Origin: Monocercomonoides exilis PA203
Lineage: Eukaryota > Protista > Preaxostyla
Direction: 5' to 3'
NCBI GenBank assembly: GCA_001643675.2
Contig: LSRY02000016.1
Span: 868,001 to 932,000 of the forward strand
Length of the DNA: 64,000 nt
Shown piece by piece: positions 61,513-64,000 of this stretch; the stretch's first letter is position 1, and every line of letters starts with the position of its first letter. The notes under the pieces are model-generated. The model was not told the DNA's origin. It did no database searches and saw nothing but the letters and a program-made list of their open reading frames with translations. A program made the translations under genes and the position numbers.

Positions 61513-64000
61513 TCAATGTGCTTCAAAACTCACTGTAGTCTCTTGTTCGCTGTTTGGAATTTCAGTTTCTTCATCAAGATCAATTGCATCAGAAATTGTG
61601 AAAATCAAGGCATCTTTTGGAAACCGCTGGATGAACTCTCTCTTGAGAACTGTGAGTTTTAGTCGTTTTGAGACGTCTTCTGAAACACATGATTGGATGA
61701 CCCCAACAAAAGATGACGAACTAAGGATCTCAATATTTGGCCTTTCTCCATTCAGAATCTTCTGTCCAGCAACCTCTGCCTCATACTCCCCAAACGGGAT
61801 CTGGAGCGTAAGGCACTCCCACAGCATCATCCCAATCGAGAAGGCAACCGACTCCTTTGTTGCTCCCATCTTCTTGCTCATCAGCAGCTCTGGCGCCTTC
61901 CACCTCATGCACTCTTTTCTGTTGTCATCCTCATCCTCAAAGGCCGATGAAGGAGGAGGTGATTTTGTGAATCTCTCGCTCTTCACAGAAACATCAGAGG
62001 AAGATGTGACAATGGTGGAGGTTGAAGAGATGGAGGAAGTGTCAGAGTCTGACGAGCAGTCGGAGTGGAGGGCAATGCATATGACCATGTGCTCTGAGAA
62101 CAGCACAATGTGTGGGCTTAGATTGGTCAGTGAGGGAAGTTCATCTTCTTCATCTTCAAACGAGTGCAATGCAACATTAGCCACCCATAATAGAATCTGG
62201 GAAGCTGTCATCTCCCGTTGTTGAAGACTGCCAATCTCTATTTCTTTCTTCTCATTCCTTCCATGAAGCAGCATGAACAGCGAATCCCTCAAATCAACGA
62301 TCATCTTCTCATGAGGCGAAGAACATGCCATTGCATCCACTAGATTCGACATTGATGAGGTGGTTGGACACAGACTCTCCACTCGAACAAATGTTGTGTC
62401 AGTGTCTGAAGTGTCTGCTGTTGAAGTGGATGAGATGGATGGTGATGGAGTTCTTTTCCTTGTCTCTTCCTCTTTCTCACCAACCTTTTCCAATGCCCAT
62501 TGAGGAATCTTGTCTGAATCTTTCCCCAGAATATATTCAGTAGATCTACTCTCAGGCAGTAAATGTTCTGATGATTCTGAATGCTCCATATTCGTCACGA
62601 AAATTTTCTTCTTTATCCTCTCTTCATTCTTCTTCTCAGCCTCTCTCTCCGCTCTCCTCCACTGCTCTTCAGGTGACATCTCCATCGTCACCATCTCAAA
62701 TGCCTTTGGATCCTTTTTTATATTGTCTTCCACAATTATCTCCAATTCTTCTGTCCTTCTCTTTTGCTTTCTCCATCGAACAATAAATATTATCGAAACA
62801 ACAAAAACAATCAACAGCACAACAGCCATAATAATAACAATCAATAGCCAATAAGATTTCCCTTCTTTTCCTCCTTTAACCACATTTTCACCCCCATTCA
62901 TCTTTGCTTCACTTGCATTCTTCAAAATGAATGAATTTGTTGATGAAGGAGATTCTGCATTCCCAAACAAAATATGAACACTCACCTCAATTTCATCTCC
63001 ACAACTGTTGATAAGATCTTTTTCCACGCTTCCTTCAACTTCTCTTTCTGACAGGAATCCATTTGAATCAAAATCATGTTTTTCAATCTCTTTCTCTTCT
63101 CCTTTCCTCTTCACAACTGAGAATGACAAATTGCATGGAATAAGAAGCATTCCTTTGAATGTCAGCTTCATTCTGTTTGCTTCTTCTTTTGCTTCTACAC
63201 TCTCCAGAACAGGTATGAAGAATGATGAATCTCTCTCTGAAGCAATCCCTTCAAAATTGCACCCTTCATTCAACATCCAAAGTGATGAATTTGGCAAAAC
63301 TCCATCTCCTCCTTTCAAACTCATCACATTCAATGTTCCTGTATCAGAACAGATGATGTTTCTTCTCAATGATGGATATCCGTCAATCGATGGATTGTTG
63401 TCAATGAACTCTCCTTTCTCAATCCTCACAACTCCACCTCTCACACCCAAAACACCCTGCGATGCATTTCCCATTGTTGTATCCCTGATGATAGCAACAC
63501 TGCCTGGCAGTTCCACCAACGATTCATTCCATCGGCAGATTGCACCTGAATCCATTTCAATAGAAGCAAGTGGTTCTTGTTGTTTGCCCATGAAACTGCA
63601 CAAATCAACTGTGATCTCAGAGCACGATTTGAATGATGCAATTGTTGGATTGCTGGATTGAGATGTGCTCTGTGAAAATGAACAGTTGCTCAAATGCACT
63701 TTGCCAGATAATTGTTCTGTACAGAAAAGAGATGCATCTGTTGCAGAGGATGTAATATTTGAGATGCACAAATCAATGAGAGAAACATTCCAATTTCCAT
63801 TTGAATTTGAACCAGGATTGGTCGAGTGGATTTTGAACACGCTTCCGTTTGCCTCAGTATCTGAACATTCAAACTCTTTCACACTCACAATCATACAGCC
63901 ATCTACTATCACACAACTTCCATTTGCAACAACATTTTCCAGTCTCACACTTTCCATATGCATCTCTGATGCATTGTGCAGCTCCATCACATTCCCTGTG
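61513..64000 (-). CDS. type-I membrane receptor-like protein with a C-terminal TK/TKL-type pseudokinase, 5'-partial
   Basis: The ORF is open to the window end. Cys-rich ectodomain, TM YWLLIVIIMAVVLLIVFVVSIIFIV, then kinase C-lobe motifs SLFMLLH, MRWKAPELL, AFSIGMMLWECLTLQIPF and GERP. No HRD or DFG. Confidence 0.8.
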   Translation of the reverse strand, partial: TGNVMELHNASEMHMESVRLENVVANGSCVIVDGCMIVSVKEFECSDTEANGSVFKIHSTNPGSNSNGNWNVSLIDLCISNITSSATDASLFCTEQLSGKVHLSNCSFSQSTSQSSNPTIASFKSCSEITVDLCSFMGKQQEPLASIEMDSGAICRWNESLVELPGSVAIIRDTTMGNASQGVLGVRGGVVRIEKGEFIDNNPSIDGYPSLRRNIICSDTGTLNVMSLKGGDGVLPNSSLWMLNEGCNFEGIASERDSSFFIPVLESVEAKEEANRMKLTFKGMLLIPCNLSFSVVKRKGEEKEIEKHDFDSNGFLSEREVEGSVEKDLINSCGDEIEVSVHILFGNAESPSSTNSFILKNASEAKMNGGENVVKGGKEGKSYWLLIVIIMAVVLLIVFVVSIIFIVRWRKQKRRTEELEIIVEDNIKKDPKAFEMVTMEMSPEEQWRRAEREAEKKNEERIKKKIFVTNMEHSESSEHLLPESRSTEYILGKDSDKIPQWALEKVGEKEEETRKRTPSPSISSTSTADTSDTDTTFVRVESLCPTTSSMSNLVDAMACSSPHEKMIVDLRDSLFMLLHGRNEKKEIEIGSLQQREMTASQILLWVANVALHSFEDEEDELPSLTNLSPHIVLFSEHMVICIALHSDCSSDSDTSSISSTSTIVTSSSDVSVKSERFTKSPPPSSAFEDEDDNRKECMRWKAPELLMSKKMGATKESVAFSIGMMLWECLTLQIPFGEYEAEVAGQKILNGERPNIEILSSSSFVGVIQSCVSEDVSKRLKLTVLKREFIQRFPKDALIFTISDAIDLDEETEIPNSEQETTVSFEAH

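Noticed and set aside
1-64000. Alternative genetic code (TAA/TAG = Gln, known in some oxymonads)
   Set aside because: Conserved genes end at TAA or TAG at the expected positions (DnaJA CSIQ-TAA, Nup155 TAG), and multi-kb ORFs lack in-frame TAA/TAG.
1-64000. CRISPR array, tRNA or rRNA genes
   Set aside because: No repeat-spacer array, cloverleaf or rRNA-like segment was seen by eye. The context is eukaryotic.

Overview
Eukaryotic genomic DNA, AT-rich between genes and containing introns. It uses the standard code: TAA, TAG and TGA all end genes. The gene style (short GT-AG introns near the 5' end, long poly-Ser insertions, Cys-rich type-I surface proteins, one with a pseudokinase tail) suggests an oxymonad such as Monocercomonoides; this is an inference. 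I reconstructed 14 protein-coding genes by hand: a partial F-box protein, Sds3-like, kinesin-5, DnaJA/Ydj1, a surface protein, a very large RABL6, an FHA-GAF-class III cyclase, a 4-TM protein, a very large Nup155, syntaxin-18/Ufe1, COG8, SHQ1, an FYR-domain protein and a partial receptor-pseudokinase. There is also one decayed surface-protein pseudogene. Non-coding highlights: (1) two different ~1-kb foldback elements with 417-bp and 456-bp inverted arms and GGGT...ACCC ends, side by side in a (TA)n tract; (2) two old ~260-bp MITEs with the same GGGT ends and an apparent 4-bp target duplication; (3) an intergenic box C/D snoRNA with the snR70/SNORD43 guide; (4) a near-invariant U at +4 of the 5' splice sites. 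All exon boundaries are manual inferences and were not checked against transcript data.
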